Shown piece by piece: positions 1 through 10,387 of a stretch of DNA of 64,000 nucleotides. The notes under the pieces are model-generated. The model did no database searches. It was not told the DNA's origin and worked only from the letters and a program-made list of their open reading frames with translations. Where the stretch lies: NCBI GenBank assembly GCA_965116925.1, contig OZ220744.1, forward strand, positions 5,696,001-5,760,000. The letters run 5' to 3'. How positions within the stretch are numbered: the stretch's first letter is position 1; the number at the start of each line of letters is the position of its first letter. A program made the position numbers and the translations under genes. This stretch comes from Candidatus Poribacteria bacterium (GTDB lineage Bacteria > Poribacteria > WGA-4E > PCPOR2b).

Positions 1-86
1 ACTTCGATCACAGATTAGGCAATCTGCGCCACGAAGAAATAAGTCCTATCAAAAATGTAAGATGTAGAAGGAAAACGGAACTGACT

Positions 87-1394
87 ATGGAAGTTGCCCC
101 GACAAACACATCGGAGTCTGAACCTCAACAGGGAAAAGACAAAGAACGAGAACAGAATCGCAACTTTTGGATTGCTGTGGTTCAAGGTACATTCATACGA
201 ATCTCTTTTGCCTTTGCAGACTCGACAACTGTTCTACCCGCCTTTATCTTAAAACTCACCTCCTCAAACACGCTTGTCGGCTTGACCGGTTCGATGACAC
301 GCGCCGGTTGGATGTGGCCCCAACTGCTGATCTCGAACCTGTTAGAGCACCGTCCGCGCAAGATGCCCTTCTACGCCCTCGGTATGAGCTTTCGACTGTT
401 CGCATGGGTTGCAATGGTCGTATGCACCCTTATGGTCGGTTCCGGCAACAACGGTTTGCTTGCCGCATGCTTTCTCGCCTGTTATTTCATCAGATCTTCG
501 GCGATGGGAGTTTCAACACTTCCGTATATGGATATTATCTCTAAATCCATTGAACCGCAGCGGCGATCTCGATATTTCAGTTTTCGTCAGTTGGCAGGCG
601 GGTTCTTCGGCATATTTATCGGTTTTTTCTTTATCCGATATGCCCTGAGTCCTGAATCCGGACTGGCATTCCCGACGAATTATGCGCTGCTGTTCGGGTG
701 TGCGGCAGGTGCGACCGGATTGGCACTCACGGCTTTTTTACAGATTCGTGAACCCATCCGCCCTGTTCAGGGAGCACGCCAACCGTTTGGACAACATCTG
801 AAGCGGGGACCACACTTCTTTCGGACTGATCGGAATTATCGCTGGTTTTTTTACTACCGGATGTGTACTACCGTTGCTGGGATGTGCACCCCCTTCTATG
901 TCCCGTATGCTTTGGTCAGGTTGGAGGTTCAAGATGCGACCATTGGGACGTTTCTCGCCGTTGTTTCCATCAGCGGTGTCATCTCAAATGTAGTGTGGGC
1001 TTATATAGGGGAAAGATATGGTGTACGATACATCCTCAGTTGCACCTCGGCGTTGGCATGTACGGCACCGTTGGTGGCAATCTTGGTCCAATACCTGCCA
1101 CCAGCATGGCAGGTGCCCTGTTATTTCCTGACGTTTGTCTTTAACGGCGCATCTACGAGCGGTTCGTCGATCGGTTTCATGGCGTATCTGCTAAATATTG
1201 CACCGAGCCTGAATCGTCCAAGCTATGTCGGTTTTATGAACACCATCCTCTTTCCGTTCAGCTTTATGCCAATGCTCGCGGGGATCCTCATCGGACTTGT
1301 GAGCTATGCAGGGATGTTCGCAATTTCCATCGGGATGGGATTTCTTGGGTTCCTTACCACCACACAGCTCGAAGAGCTCCATCAGGAAGATTGA
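87..1394 (+). CDS. MFS-type transporter
   Basis: 435 aa, about 12 hydrophobic segments, MFS-like loop motif (GERYGVR). Confidence 0.8.
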   Translation: MEVAPTNTSESEPQQGKDKEREQNRNFWIAVVQGTFIRISFAFADSTTVLPAFILKLTSSNTLVGLTGSMTRAGWMWPQLLISNLLEHRPRKMPFYALGMSFRLFAWVAMVVCTLMVGSGNNGLLAACFLACYFIRSSAMGVSTLPYMDIISKSIEPQRRSRYFSFRQLAGGFFGIFIGFFFIRYALSPESGLAFPTNYALLFGCAAGATGLALTAFLQIREPIRPVQGARQPFGQHLKRGPHFFRTDRNYRWFFYYRMCTTVAGMCTPFYVPYALVRLEVQDATIGTFLAVVSISGVISNVVWAYIGERYGVRYILSCTSALACTAPLVAILVQYLPPAWQVPCYFLTFVFNGASTSGSSIGFMAYLLNIAPSLNRPSYVGFMNTILFPFSFMPMLAGILIGLVSYAGMFAISIGMGFLGFLTTTQLEELHQED

Positions 1395-1529
1395 ACGTGA
1401 TGCGTGAAACGTGAAACGTAAAAAAATTGGTTCATTCGCTCATTGGTTGCAGGGAACGCAGATCTGCGTTCCCTACGGGTTCTTTGTACGATTTCTTAAC
1501 ATGGGCACCAACTTCTTGGTCTGGTTCGG

Positions 1530-1937
1530 CTATTCCAATCCTGCTAGAATCTCATCGATATCTTCCAGTAGTTCAACTTCGTAACCGTCTGGGTCCGTGA
1601 TGAAAGCCATCTTCATGCCTCCCGATGTGAACTCTTCTCGCCAGCCGTCGGGCCAAATTTCAAGCCCCGCTTTCTCCAGTTCGTCGCAACAAGCGACCAG
1701 ATCCGGCACACTGATGGCAAAGTGCATCAGATCCTCTGGAACGTTGAGTTCATAATCGGGTGAATAGGTCAACTCCAGTGTCGGCACGTTGCCCGGAAGT
1801 TCGAGATGGACAATCTGGTTGCCTGCTGGGGATCTATCACTTCGGCTTTTCACCACAAAACCTAGGTGGTCGCAGTACCATTTAATCGATTGATCGAGAT
1901 CGCTCACTCTCACGCGTGTGTGTAAAAAGATAGCCAT
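1530..1937 (-). CDS. VOC/glyoxalase (lactoylglutathione lyase-like)
   Basis: LHTRVRVSDL...HFAISV...FITDPDGYEVEL motifs. Confidence 0.85.
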   Translation of the reverse strand: MAIFLHTRVRVSDLDQSIKWYCDHLGFVVKSRSDRSPAGNQIVHLELPGNVPTLELTYSPDYELNVPEDLMHFAISVPDLVACCDELEKAGLEIWPDGWREEFTSGGMKMAFITDPDGYEVELLEDIDEILAGLE

Positions 1938-2083
1938 TTTTGTTCCCTTTCTGCGTTTGGGTTGTCAAATGTATTAAGTACCGAATTTCAATATTTTCAT
2001 TATAGCACGACACCTAACAGAAATGTGGAACAAAAACAACCCTATCGTAGTATAACAAAATTCATACTTCGACACTAGCATTA

Positions 2084-4120
2084 CTATTTCAGGATGACCA
2101 TCTTCCGCAGGAGGGACATATTGTCTGCACGTAGCTGGTAGAAATAGATGCCAGTAGCAACGTGCTCACCCAGCTCGTTACGCCCATCCCAATACGCCGC
2201 ACGACTCCGATCCGTGTAATAACCAGCCCGCTGATAACCGAGATCCAATTGGCGTACCGACGCACCGTTGATGTCGTAAATCGAAATCTGTACATCGGCA
2301 TCCTGTGCCAACTGATATGGTATCCACGTCTCAGGATTGAATGGATTTGGATAATTGGCAAGTAGTGCTGTCTCATCGGGAGGGCGGCATGTTGTTGGAT
2401 CTAAGCATACGTGCCTTGCTTTATCCAATAGATTCGCCCACCGAACATTCGCAGAGGGCGCAGCATTTGCATCAGAAACAAGTCTCATCTTCTCTTTTAT
2501 CGCCTTATCCCAGTCCCCAGTAAACACCCACCAGTTTGTTAGTTCCTTGTTCCCATATTGAATTTGATTTTCATGTCCTGGCATACTTTGCATCCAATAG
2601 ATATACCACTGAGACTCTACTCGTTGTGGTATTGTGTCAGGCTCCGCATTACGCCAAGAGAACGTCAAATCCCCGTATGTATTAACGTTGAACAGTTTTT
2701 TGGAGCCGCTGTTATCTGGAGTCCAATCTGCAATATCGGTTTTAACGAGCGTCGTGTTCCGGGTATAATCATATCCTCTTGTCGTATTAGGCGGCATGTG
2801 CGTCCAGCCTGCGCGTCCGGTGATATGGTTCCCACTGTCGTTTTTACCAACAAACTTTTTCCAAAACAGGTCTGTATTACCATGTTGTAACTGGTCTACA
2901 TGGCTCAATATCGCCTCTAACTGATGACCGTGGTTATGAACGACTTCCGCTTGGGACCGCCTGAAGTTTTGTCCATATACGGTATAGGTAGAATTATATA
3001 CGGGTAAATCGTTGTTGCGCCTCCAACTGTTGGAAATATCTCCGGTCACCGGGCTGGACATGTTTGATTCTACCCAGTCCCTAAAATCTTCAGGTTTATG
3101 AAGGTTTGGATTATAAGATGGGAAATTAGGCATAACATGCCCTTGCCAGATCCATATTTCCTTAACACCTTTGTTATTGACATAATCCTTCATATTAAAC
3201 CTCTTAAAGATCTGATGGTAATCAGGCGAGTAGATAGGAAATCCCTTCTCGCGCTTGAGAACGTGACCGGCAGGCGTTTGCGCGTAGACTGTAATATATT
3301 CGACCACTCGATACCCGATTGAAGGCGGAGCTGAAGGATTTTTATATCCTCTAAATCGGCTGCCTTCTTCAAGCATGAACTTGACCTGCTTATCAAAAAA
3401 AACAATCCGTTCCTTTAGTTCTTCCAACGAAATTTCACCGAGCGACCAATAATCAGCTGCTTTGGATACATCCAAATTTACCCCATCTAAAGTTGGTAAA
3501 AACCTCATAATGACAACGGGAATCTCATAGAGATGACCAGGGGCAGGTTTCCTTAAATACCGAGCAATTGCTTCGTATCTAACTGCCCCCGGTATATAGA
3601 CATCGCTATCCGTCACATTTACAAGTGTTACTAACGGCGATAAATCCGTAATCGAATTACCACGAAGCCGTAGGAATGTCAGGTTCACTAAAACCGCCAG
3701 AGGTGTGACATCGCTAATACTATTGTGGTGCAACCTTAACTCTGTCAGTGCAGTCAAATTCTCAAGAGGGCTAACATCCTCTATGTCATTGCGACCTATA
3801 CGGAGCACTGTAAGACTCGTTAGGTTCTCAAGCGGTGTAAGGCTGCGGATTTTATTCCTCCCTGCAACTAACGATGTGAGATTCGTTGCATATTCTAAAC
3901 CTGTTAAATCTTTTATGTTTTTTCCATATACACGGAGATTTGTTAGCTCTAGCATCTTCGCTTTGGTGAGTCCTTCACCAGCGGCAAGCCCTAACTCCTC
4001 CTTAACCCCCTTTCTGAGATTCTTATCGGGCATCCACTGCGCCGCACCCGATGCGTTCGCAACGGGAATATAGATGTTGAATATAGTCAAAATTACCAAC
4101 AGGGTATAAAATCTTTTCAT
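2084..4120 (-). CDS. Secreted internalin-type LRR protein with unknown central domain and FlgD-Ig/T9SS-like C-terminal domain
   Basis: Signal peptide; LRRs (LENLTSLTVLRIGRNDI); C-terminal NYPNPFNPETWIPYQL...WDGRN...GIYFYQL. Confidence 0.8.
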   Translation of the reverse strand: MKRFYTLLVILTIFNIYIPVANASGAAQWMPDKNLRKGVKEELGLAAGEGLTKAKMLELTNLRVYGKNIKDLTGLEYATNLTSLVAGRNKIRSLTPLENLTSLTVLRIGRNDIEDVSPLENLTALTELRLHHNSISDVTPLAVLVNLTFLRLRGNSITDLSPLVTLVNVTDSDVYIPGAVRYEAIARYLRKPAPGHLYEIPVVIMRFLPTLDGVNLDVSKAADYWSLGEISLEELKERIVFFDKQVKFMLEEGSRFRGYKNPSAPPSIGYRVVEYITVYAQTPAGHVLKREKGFPIYSPDYHQIFKRFNMKDYVNNKGVKEIWIWQGHVMPNFPSYNPNLHKPEDFRDWVESNMSSPVTGDISNSWRRNNDLPVYNSTYTVYGQNFRRSQAEVVHNHGHQLEAILSHVDQLQHGNTDLFWKKFVGKNDSGNHITGRAGWTHMPPNTTRGYDYTRNTTLVKTDIADWTPDNSGSKKLFNVNTYGDLTFSWRNAEPDTIPQRVESQWYIYWMQSMPGHENQIQYGNKELTNWWVFTGDWDKAIKEKMRLVSDANAAPSANVRWANLLDKARHVCLDPTTCRPPDETALLANYPNPFNPETWIPYQLAQDADVQISIYDINGASVRQLDLGYQRAGYYTDRSRAAYWDGRNELGEHVATGIYFYQLRADNMSLLRKMVILK

Positions 4121-4655
4121 AATGTTTGTAAGTTCCTTTCATTAAAAGATAGAAGTTACGTAGTTTGGTCCCTACTGTAGTTGTCCGATTCATCGGGCGT
4201 TGGAAGAGGCAGTGTATGATGAAGTTGCCTCCCGCTGCTGAAAGCGTATAAATGAAAAAAATATAGTTGATACCATCAACCAAAAAGGGGTTTTTATCGT
4301 TATCTCAACCGCATAAGTTTAAGGGAATGTGCTGTTGGCATTCCGCTAGGAGGTTCGCCTCAGAAGCAGATAGGACATTATATATACTATTCTATAGTCT
4401 TGACTTATAAGCGATTCTTGTCAAAAACCCAGTGGTGACGTGGGTTTCAACCATCGGGCCTAAGATTTGTCGATTTAGCGCGCGATTCTTTATTACTAGC
4501 GACGTTGGGTTACTTGCCATTGGGGGCGAGCGGAGATAAAGTCTAATTTATTGGGATGCCTATGGTGCCTAGAGTCAATGTTTATCGGTGTTTGACAAAC
4601 AATGGTATACCTATTATTGCCCTCCTTCTGAAAAAAATAATTACGCTAAAAAAGT

Positions 4656-4685
4656 GTTGACAATTCTATTATAGTTATGTAGAAT
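4656..4685 (+). promoter_or_regulatory. Putative sigma70 promoter of the integrase
   Basis: TTGACA followed by TG-TAGAAT -10-like hexamer about 50 nt upstream of a GGAGG RBS and ATG. Confidence 0.5.
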
Positions 4686-4732
4686 AGTATTTCAGTAGAA
4701 TTTTAGAAAACTTACGGACTCAGAATGGAGGA

Positions 4733-5647
4733 ATGATCATGAATGCATCAACTGGAAATCAAGCCATTATCAGCGACGAAACCGAGGAGTTAGTCAAAGC
4801 GAGTCTTGCACCGAGCACTGTCGAGACATATCGGCTCGTAATGCAACAGTTGGAAAAATGGTTGGATGGACGTATACTGAACGATAATCTACTGGCAACT
4901 TATATCACGGGGTTGTATCAAGACGGAAAGGCACCATCAACAATTAGTAAAATTGTTGCTGCGGTCAAATGGACGACAAAAAATCAAGGCGTAGGGATCC
5001 CCTTTGAGATCACGGAAAAGGCACTTGCTGGCATCCAGCGTAAAGGCAAAGGCAGAGGCAGAGGACAGGTGGCCGGCATTACGTGGGAGGAGGTCGAGCA
5101 GATTTGCGCGCTTGCCGAAGCGGAGGGAACTGTTGCTGGACTGAGGGATTCGGCGATGATTCGACTGATGAGCGATTGTTTGTTACGAATCAGCGAAGCG
5201 GTCGCGGTAGATGTAGCGGATGTTGGTAGTGCATTGAAGATTCATAAGTCAAAGACCAACCCGGGTACGACGGGCATCCCCGATGTGACACTGTATATCG
5301 GTGAGCCCACACGGGAAGCGATAAAGCGGTATTGTGAAGCGGCAAACATCACCAAAGGTCCACTCTTCCGGTGGGTTCGTCGTGGTGATAACATAGCGGA
5401 CACCAGACTGACAATTGATGGCGTGAGAAAAATTATCAAGCGCAGGGCACGTGAGGCAGGTATCGAAGGCAAAATCTCTGGACACTCGCTGCGTATTGGC
5501 TCTGCTATTTCGCTTGCCCAAGCGGGGGCGTCTGTTGTGAATATGCAGGTCGCGGGACGGTGGAAATCGCCTCAGATGCCGGCGCATTACGCACGCGCAG
5601 AATTAATAGAACAAGGCACAATCGCACGGTTCAAATACGGGAAATGA
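4733..5647 (+). CDS. Cre-like tyrosine recombinase/integrase
   Basis: LLRISE (R), GHSLR (HxxR), GRW (W), AHY (Y) catalytic set; GGAGG RBS. Confidence 0.9.
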   Translation: MIMNASTGNQAIISDETEELVKASLAPSTVETYRLVMQQLEKWLDGRILNDNLLATYITGLYQDGKAPSTISKIVAAVKWTTKNQGVGIPFEITEKALAGIQRKGKGRGRGQVAGITWEEVEQICALAEAEGTVAGLRDSAMIRLMSDCLLRISEAVAVDVADVGSALKIHKSKTNPGTTGIPDVTLYIGEPTREAIKRYCEAANITKGPLFRWVRRGDNIADTRLTIDGVRKIIKRRAREAGIEGKISGHSLRIGSAISLAQAGASVVNMQVAGRWKSPQMPAHYARAELIEQGTIARFKYGK

Positions 5648-5864
5648 CAGTCCGATATTTCCATCACACCGGAGGTGTGATACAATGCAAGTTGTCAGGA
5701 ACAGCGATCTCCGGTCAATGATCGAGAGTTCCCTATACAATCGTGGAAAATACCAGTATAGCACGTAGGTCGAGATTCATATCTCGGCAAAAAATGTCGA
5801 TTTTGGAAAATCGACCTACAACAAGGCAACCCTTGTGCCTACCCACAATACTGAACTTACTAAG

Positions 5865-6869
5865 ATGAAGATAACCTATTTCCTCATCGTTCTTTGGACG
5901 TTGGTTTGGCAAATCCCGCTCAGCGACGCGGTTCGTGAAGGTACTGCCAACGCTAGGGTCATGATTCAGCGGTATGAGCGGGAGGGGGATTTCGCCAAAG
6001 CAGCCTTGTGGCACAAAGCAGCTGCGGACTGTCTGAAAATCATATCTATTCCGATGACGGAGATTCAGATTCGGTACTACCTGCGTCATGGAAAAAATGT
6101 GCAGACAGACCGGAGTCGTGGAGAGTTAGCGGATATAAGGAAACGGCGGGAATACCATCTGAAGGCTGCGAAGACACATTGGGAGAGGTCGGAAACGGAG
6201 GGACCTTCGTCCGAACTAGCGGCGGAAAGCGAGAAAATCGCGCAGTTTATCTCAACGTGGGTACAGATCTACCCAAGTCGATTTTACCATTATGGTATCT
6301 ACCCCAGTTTCTTCAAAGTAGAACAGGAGATTTTCAAAAGGAAGGGGGATTATGCCGCTGTCTTAAATCTTGAAGCCGATGCAGCGGAGATGTGTGCCGA
6401 TCAGTACAACGAGATAACAGTCGCCTATTTTCAGGGGATCGCTATAGATCGTGATGCAGTCGGAGAGGGTATAGGAGGAGAGGACTATGTCACCCAATAT
6501 GAAAAGGTTCGAGATGTGCATCGCCAACGGGCAGCCCTGTTGCGTGAAATCGTTGAGAGCAAGCCAAAGACATTAACCATGGAAGCCGAAACTATATTGA
6601 AGGATTTATCTCATCAACCGATCAGTCCTGCTCCGAAATTAACGTCCGCACAAGCGTTGAAGATCGCTAACAGAGATGCACGTCTACAAGAACACCTAAA
6701 GTCACACAGAGGTGTGCACGGATACGCCTCGTTTCAAGGGTTTGCGTGGTTTGTCAGTTATTACAATCACGGTTGGGGGAATCTAGGAACCGTGATTGTC
6801 GATGACGAAACCGGTACAGTCCTGGATATACTTAATTGGCTTATGTTAAAAGAAAGCGCAAAACCCTAA
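5865..6869 (+). CDS. Hypothetical secreted helical protein (PepSY-like C-terminus)
   Basis: Signal-like MKITYFLIVLWTLV; internal repeat of GD(F/Y)A..A...AA.C; start inferred at ATG 5865. Confidence 0.55.
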   Translation: MKITYFLIVLWTLVWQIPLSDAVREGTANARVMIQRYEREGDFAKAALWHKAAADCLKIISIPMTEIQIRYYLRHGKNVQTDRSRGELADIRKRREYHLKAAKTHWERSETEGPSSELAAESEKIAQFISTWVQIYPSRFYHYGIYPSFFKVEQEIFKRKGDYAAVLNLEADAAEMCADQYNEITVAYFQGIAIDRDAVGEGIGGEDYVTQYEKVRDVHRQRAALLREIVESKPKTLTMEAETILKDLSHQPISPAPKLTSAQALKIANRDARLQEHLKSHRGVHGYASFQGFAWFVSYYNHGWGNLGTVIVDDETGTVLDILNWLMLKESAKP

Positions 6870-7020
6870 GAGCGTGAAACGTGATACGTGATGCGTGAAA
6901 ATCATTTGTTCAACGGAACCCATAAAAAAAAGGTGCACGACGATAAGAGAAACCGAGTTTTGAAGAAAAAACTCGGTTTCTGTGGCGCGATTTCCTAGCG
7001 TGAGTCGATCAATTTTATTC

Positions 7021-7875
7021 TTACTCGAAACTGAGTTTGTCGTCAACGTCTTGAAGGTCTGCCCACGTCTTGATGTCTGTACGACTCGGATCTATCTCTT
7101 GACGACGCTGTTCAAAATAGGCTCTTGACGACTCATCCTCAGGCCCCCAATTCGCCATGCGTTCATTGAACGCCGCGATTTCTTCCTTCCCTTTGCCACT
7201 TTGTTCAAGCACCCAGTCACCGATTTCAATGTCGTTGGGGTTGTTGACCGCAGCCTCTTGGAAATCACCTTCAGAGATACCGAGAAACTCCAAAATACGT
7301 CTATCCTGTCCGGAATCCTCGCCGTACTTGTACTCGCCGATTTTTCCGGCGCGTGCTGCGCGCGCCTTATCCGCCATTCGTGCAACGCCGTGGCAGCCTG
7401 CAACATCTTTAGCGTGGGGACTGCGTGGTGGTCCGACCGTCAAGTCAACCTGCCAGAAACTACCCCAATCGTCTAGCTGCATTGATTGAAGCACCGTTGT
7501 GATGTCCGTCCTACCGGGGGCGTACTTGGCAAGCCGATCCTTCAGCATCTGCTTGTATTGCTCATTCGGTGGCTCAAGACTCAATTCCCGCTGATTAAAT
7601 TCATCAATTTCCGCCTGCGTGACGCTTGAATTTTCAAGCACCCATGCCTGCAAGGCTTCGTCATCATGCTCACCAGCGGCTTTGGCAAAATCATCGCCAG
7701 AAATTCCCAGAAGTTCAAGAACTTTAGCGTCTAGGCCGGAATTTTCTCCATAGAGGTACTCGCCGGTTGTTCCGTTGTTATGCGCTCTGGCTTTGTCGGT
7801 CATTCGTGCTGCACCGACAATACCGGCGAGGCTAAGGTTTGTTGCGCGCCGTGGTGGCTGTCGTGTAAGATCCAT
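7021..7875 (-). CDS. Tandem DUF5069-like domain protein
   Basis: Two copies of DLT..PPR...G.ARM.DKARA...G..GEY.YGE.SG.D. Confidence 0.75.
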   Translation of the reverse strand: MDLTRQPPRRATNLSLAGIVGAARMTDKARAHNNGTTGEYLYGENSGLDAKVLELLGISGDDFAKAAGEHDDEALQAWVLENSSVTQAEIDEFNQRELSLEPPNEQYKQMLKDRLAKYAPGRTDITTVLQSMQLDDWGSFWQVDLTVGPPRSPHAKDVAGCHGVARMADKARAARAGKIGEYKYGEDSGQDRRILEFLGISEGDFQEAAVNNPNDIEIGDWVLEQSGKGKEEIAAFNERMANWGPEDESSRAYFEQRRQEIDPSRTDIKTWADLQDVDDKLSFE

Positions 7876-8134
7876 AATTAGTAACTCCTTTCAGCTTATT
7901 CAATGGATAAAAAAGAATCCTGAAAATCCAGTAACGATTTCATATTATAACCCAACCTGTAATTCGGGAGGCTCTATTTTACTATATTCACACATCTGTG
8001 GCAATTCTAAAAACTTCGGCATTTAGGGTCATTTAATTCTCCCGTAGCTCGATCCCCTTGTCAAGGCTACGGCGGGGCAAGATGCCCCGCCTACGGATTT
8101 GGGCCATTCCCAAATCGGTCAAAAAACGGAAAAC

Positions 8135-8273
8135 TATGGTAGATTTTAGAATTACTTAGACAGTTCCAATGCACATGTACAGATTGGGAAATCTGTACCC
8201 ACAAACAACCCCCTAAATCCCCCTTGTCAGGGGGACTTTGGCAAATGTTCACTTATTTGTCTAATTCACTATA
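8135..8273. mobile_element. MITE family B (TATAGT...ACTATA ends), divergent copy
   Basis: TATGGTAGATTTTAGAATTA ... CTAATTCACTATA, ends similar to copies at 31259, 33059 and 55667. Confidence 0.6.
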
Positions 8274-8305
8274 AATAGCCCTACTTCGGTAACCTTAACG
8301 GAATT

Positions 8306-10333
8306 TCACAGCAAAACGCGGGGAAACGTCCGTACCCACCGTTGTTGATGGTGCGGTAAGCCGTTGACAGCGATATGCAGGTCGATCGTGACGTGGAACG
8401 CTGTCTCCGTGCTTTGAAAACGGCAGCAGGTGTCAACGGTGATTTCGCTGTCGTTGCACACGATGCGGCGATGATGTTTACCCACCGCTGCAACATCGGC
8501 GGGATCCCGATTACGCGCCCATACTTCAAGCCGTGCATCGGTTTCCACTTGTGTCCCCGAACTCACGAGACTTGTCCCATGTGTATGGGTTCGTAATCCG
8601 GTTCGGTCGCCAAGAATGTCGTGGAGGATTTCCCACGGACGCAGATCAGGCGAGAGCCGATAGATGTCGATCTCCCTGTGTAAGGGTTCAAACTGTGCTT
8701 CATTCGCCGGTAATTCCCCATTCTCCGCCCCTCTCACTGGAACAATGGGCAGCTGCAACCGCGATGAGTGCTCGGCGTCTTGATAAATGCGGTTGATCCC
8801 CGGATAGGGGGTGGGCCAGAGGTTTGGGAAATCTGCGCTACATATAGAGAGACGAATGCGGTGTCCTGTTTCAAAACGCCAAGCGGTGCAGTCGAGATTA
8901 ATCTCAATTTCGTAAATCTCGCTAGGATTTAGCGGTGCTGGATCGGTGAGGGATTTGCGTCGCGTCGCGTTCAACACACCGCTACAGACCAATGCACTCG
9001 TGCCATCGGGGGCAACATCGCACAACTTCGCAACGAAAGCCATCACGGGTGCCGTGGAACTGACATTCAGTGCAACTTGCGGTCTGCCGATGATTTCCAA
9101 CGGTTCATCAAGCGGTTCCGTCGTGTAGTTCAGTGAATGGATTTCATCAGGCCGTTGATCTGACGGCAATCCGAAGGGGACACCACCGCTCCACAATCCA
9201 CCTGTGACCCCGACAGTCGGACGGTAGGTATAGCTGTCGAAGGGCAGCCCTTGATCCGATGGCTGAGGACAGAGTTGACCTTTGTCCCTAAGCCAATAGG
9301 TCAGCGATTCGGCCGGATTCAGGGGTAACGATTCTTCTACACGCCAGTATCCGCGTGTTTCGGTTCGATCCGGACATGGTTCATCGTAGGTCTGCATATA
9401 GACGCAAATCGGAGGCTCATCCATCACGCCGTTGTCCTCGCCTTTGAGCCAATAGTCGCACCAGCGGACGATTTCGCGCAGGTGGTCAATGCGTGGTCCG
9501 GGGATAGCCTCATTGGGGTGCGTGTGGTTCCAGGGCCCAATGAGGACCTTCTTAGGCACATCAAGATTTCTAAAAGTTCGCAACGGTGGGTTTGGATAGC
9601 CGTCCCGCCAGCCGCCAATCATGAAAACTGAACACTGGATCTGGTCGTATCGTCCGCGCAAACTACCGGGACGCCAATATTCGCCATCGGTTTGATTTTC
9701 CAGCCACTTCAGCAGATAAGGGGTGTTGTGTTCGAGGTGCTCTTCCCAGATTCGCGCCCAATCCTCGCCGCTGTATCCGGGATACGGTGGCATCGCGTTC
9801 ATGCCAATCATCGAACAGCCATACGCCCCGATATCGTAGTAGCAGCGTAGGGCACCGCCGCGATAGTGACAATCATCGGTATAACGGTCATCGGTGAAGT
9901 ACATAGGGATAATGGTCGTGAGGTGCGGTGGGCGGTGTGCAGCGATCTGTACAGAAGTAAACCCGCCATACGATGCCCCAAACATCGCGATTTTTCCGCT
10001 GCACCACGGTTGCGCCGCAAGCCATTCGATTGCTTCAACGCCATCTTGCTGTTCACGTGGCGTGTACTCGTCCGTGTTGACTCCCTCGCTGCTGCCTGTA
10101 CCGCGACAGTCCAACCGCGCCCCGATGAACCCGTGCTGTGCAAAATAGTTATGATAACCTGAATACGGGGCGGTGTCATCTTTGCGATACGGGATGTATT
10201 CGAGAATCAGTGGGTGCGGTGTCTGTTCCCAATCATCGCTGTCGGGAACGTGCATATCCATCGCTAAGCGCACGCCATCTGAGGTTGGAATCATCACATT
10301 TTTAATGAAGCGAACCCCATTTTTTGGTCCCAT
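8306..10333 (-). CDS. CocE/NonD family hydrolase (peptidase S15-like)
   Basis: DGVRLA, GASYGG nucleophile elbow, IGPWNH; start may be 10333 or 10366. Confidence 0.9.
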   Translation of the reverse strand: MGPKNGVRFIKNVMIPTSDGVRLAMDMHVPDSDDWEQTPHPLILEYIPYRKDDTAPYSGYHNYFAQHGFIGARLDCRGTGSSEGVNTDEYTPREQQDGVEAIEWLAAQPWCSGKIAMFGASYGGFTSVQIAAHRPPHLTTIIPMYFTDDRYTDDCHYRGGALRCYYDIGAYGCSMIGMNAMPPYPGYSGEDWARIWEEHLEHNTPYLLKWLENQTDGEYWRPGSLRGRYDQIQCSVFMIGGWRDGYPNPPLRTFRNLDVPKKVLIGPWNHTHPNEAIPGPRIDHLREIVRWCDYWLKGEDNGVMDEPPICVYMQTYDEPCPDRTETRGYWRVEESLPLNPAESLTYWLRDKGQLCPQPSDQGLPFDSYTYRPTVGVTGGLWSGGVPFGLPSDQRPDEIHSLNYTTEPLDEPLEIIGRPQVALNVSSTAPVMAFVAKLCDVAPDGTSALVCSGVLNATRRKSLTDPAPLNPSEIYEIEINLDCTAWRFETGHRIRLSICSADFPNLWPTPYPGINRIYQDAEHSSRLQLPIVPVRGAENGELPANEAQFEPLHREIDIYRLSPDLRPWEILHDILGDRTGLRTHTHGTSLVSSGTQVETDARLEVWARNRDPADVAAVGKHHRRIVCNDSEITVDTCCRFQSTETAFHVTIDLHIAVNGLPHHQQRWVRTFPRVLL

Positions 10334-10387
10334 GGCTTGGCTTCTACCTCCGATTTGATTTGGCAATTTCTCTGAATTGAAGGCGCG

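Noticed and set aside
1451..1476. AGGGAACGCAGATCTGCGTTCCCT palindrome as an intrinsic terminator
   Set aside because: No clear U-tract and it ends in CTAC, so it is more likely another REP-like hairpin
4660..4702. ATTCTA...TAGAAT inverted motif as a loxP-like site for the integrase
   Set aside because: Arms are only about 6 bp, overlap the promoter, and no second site was found
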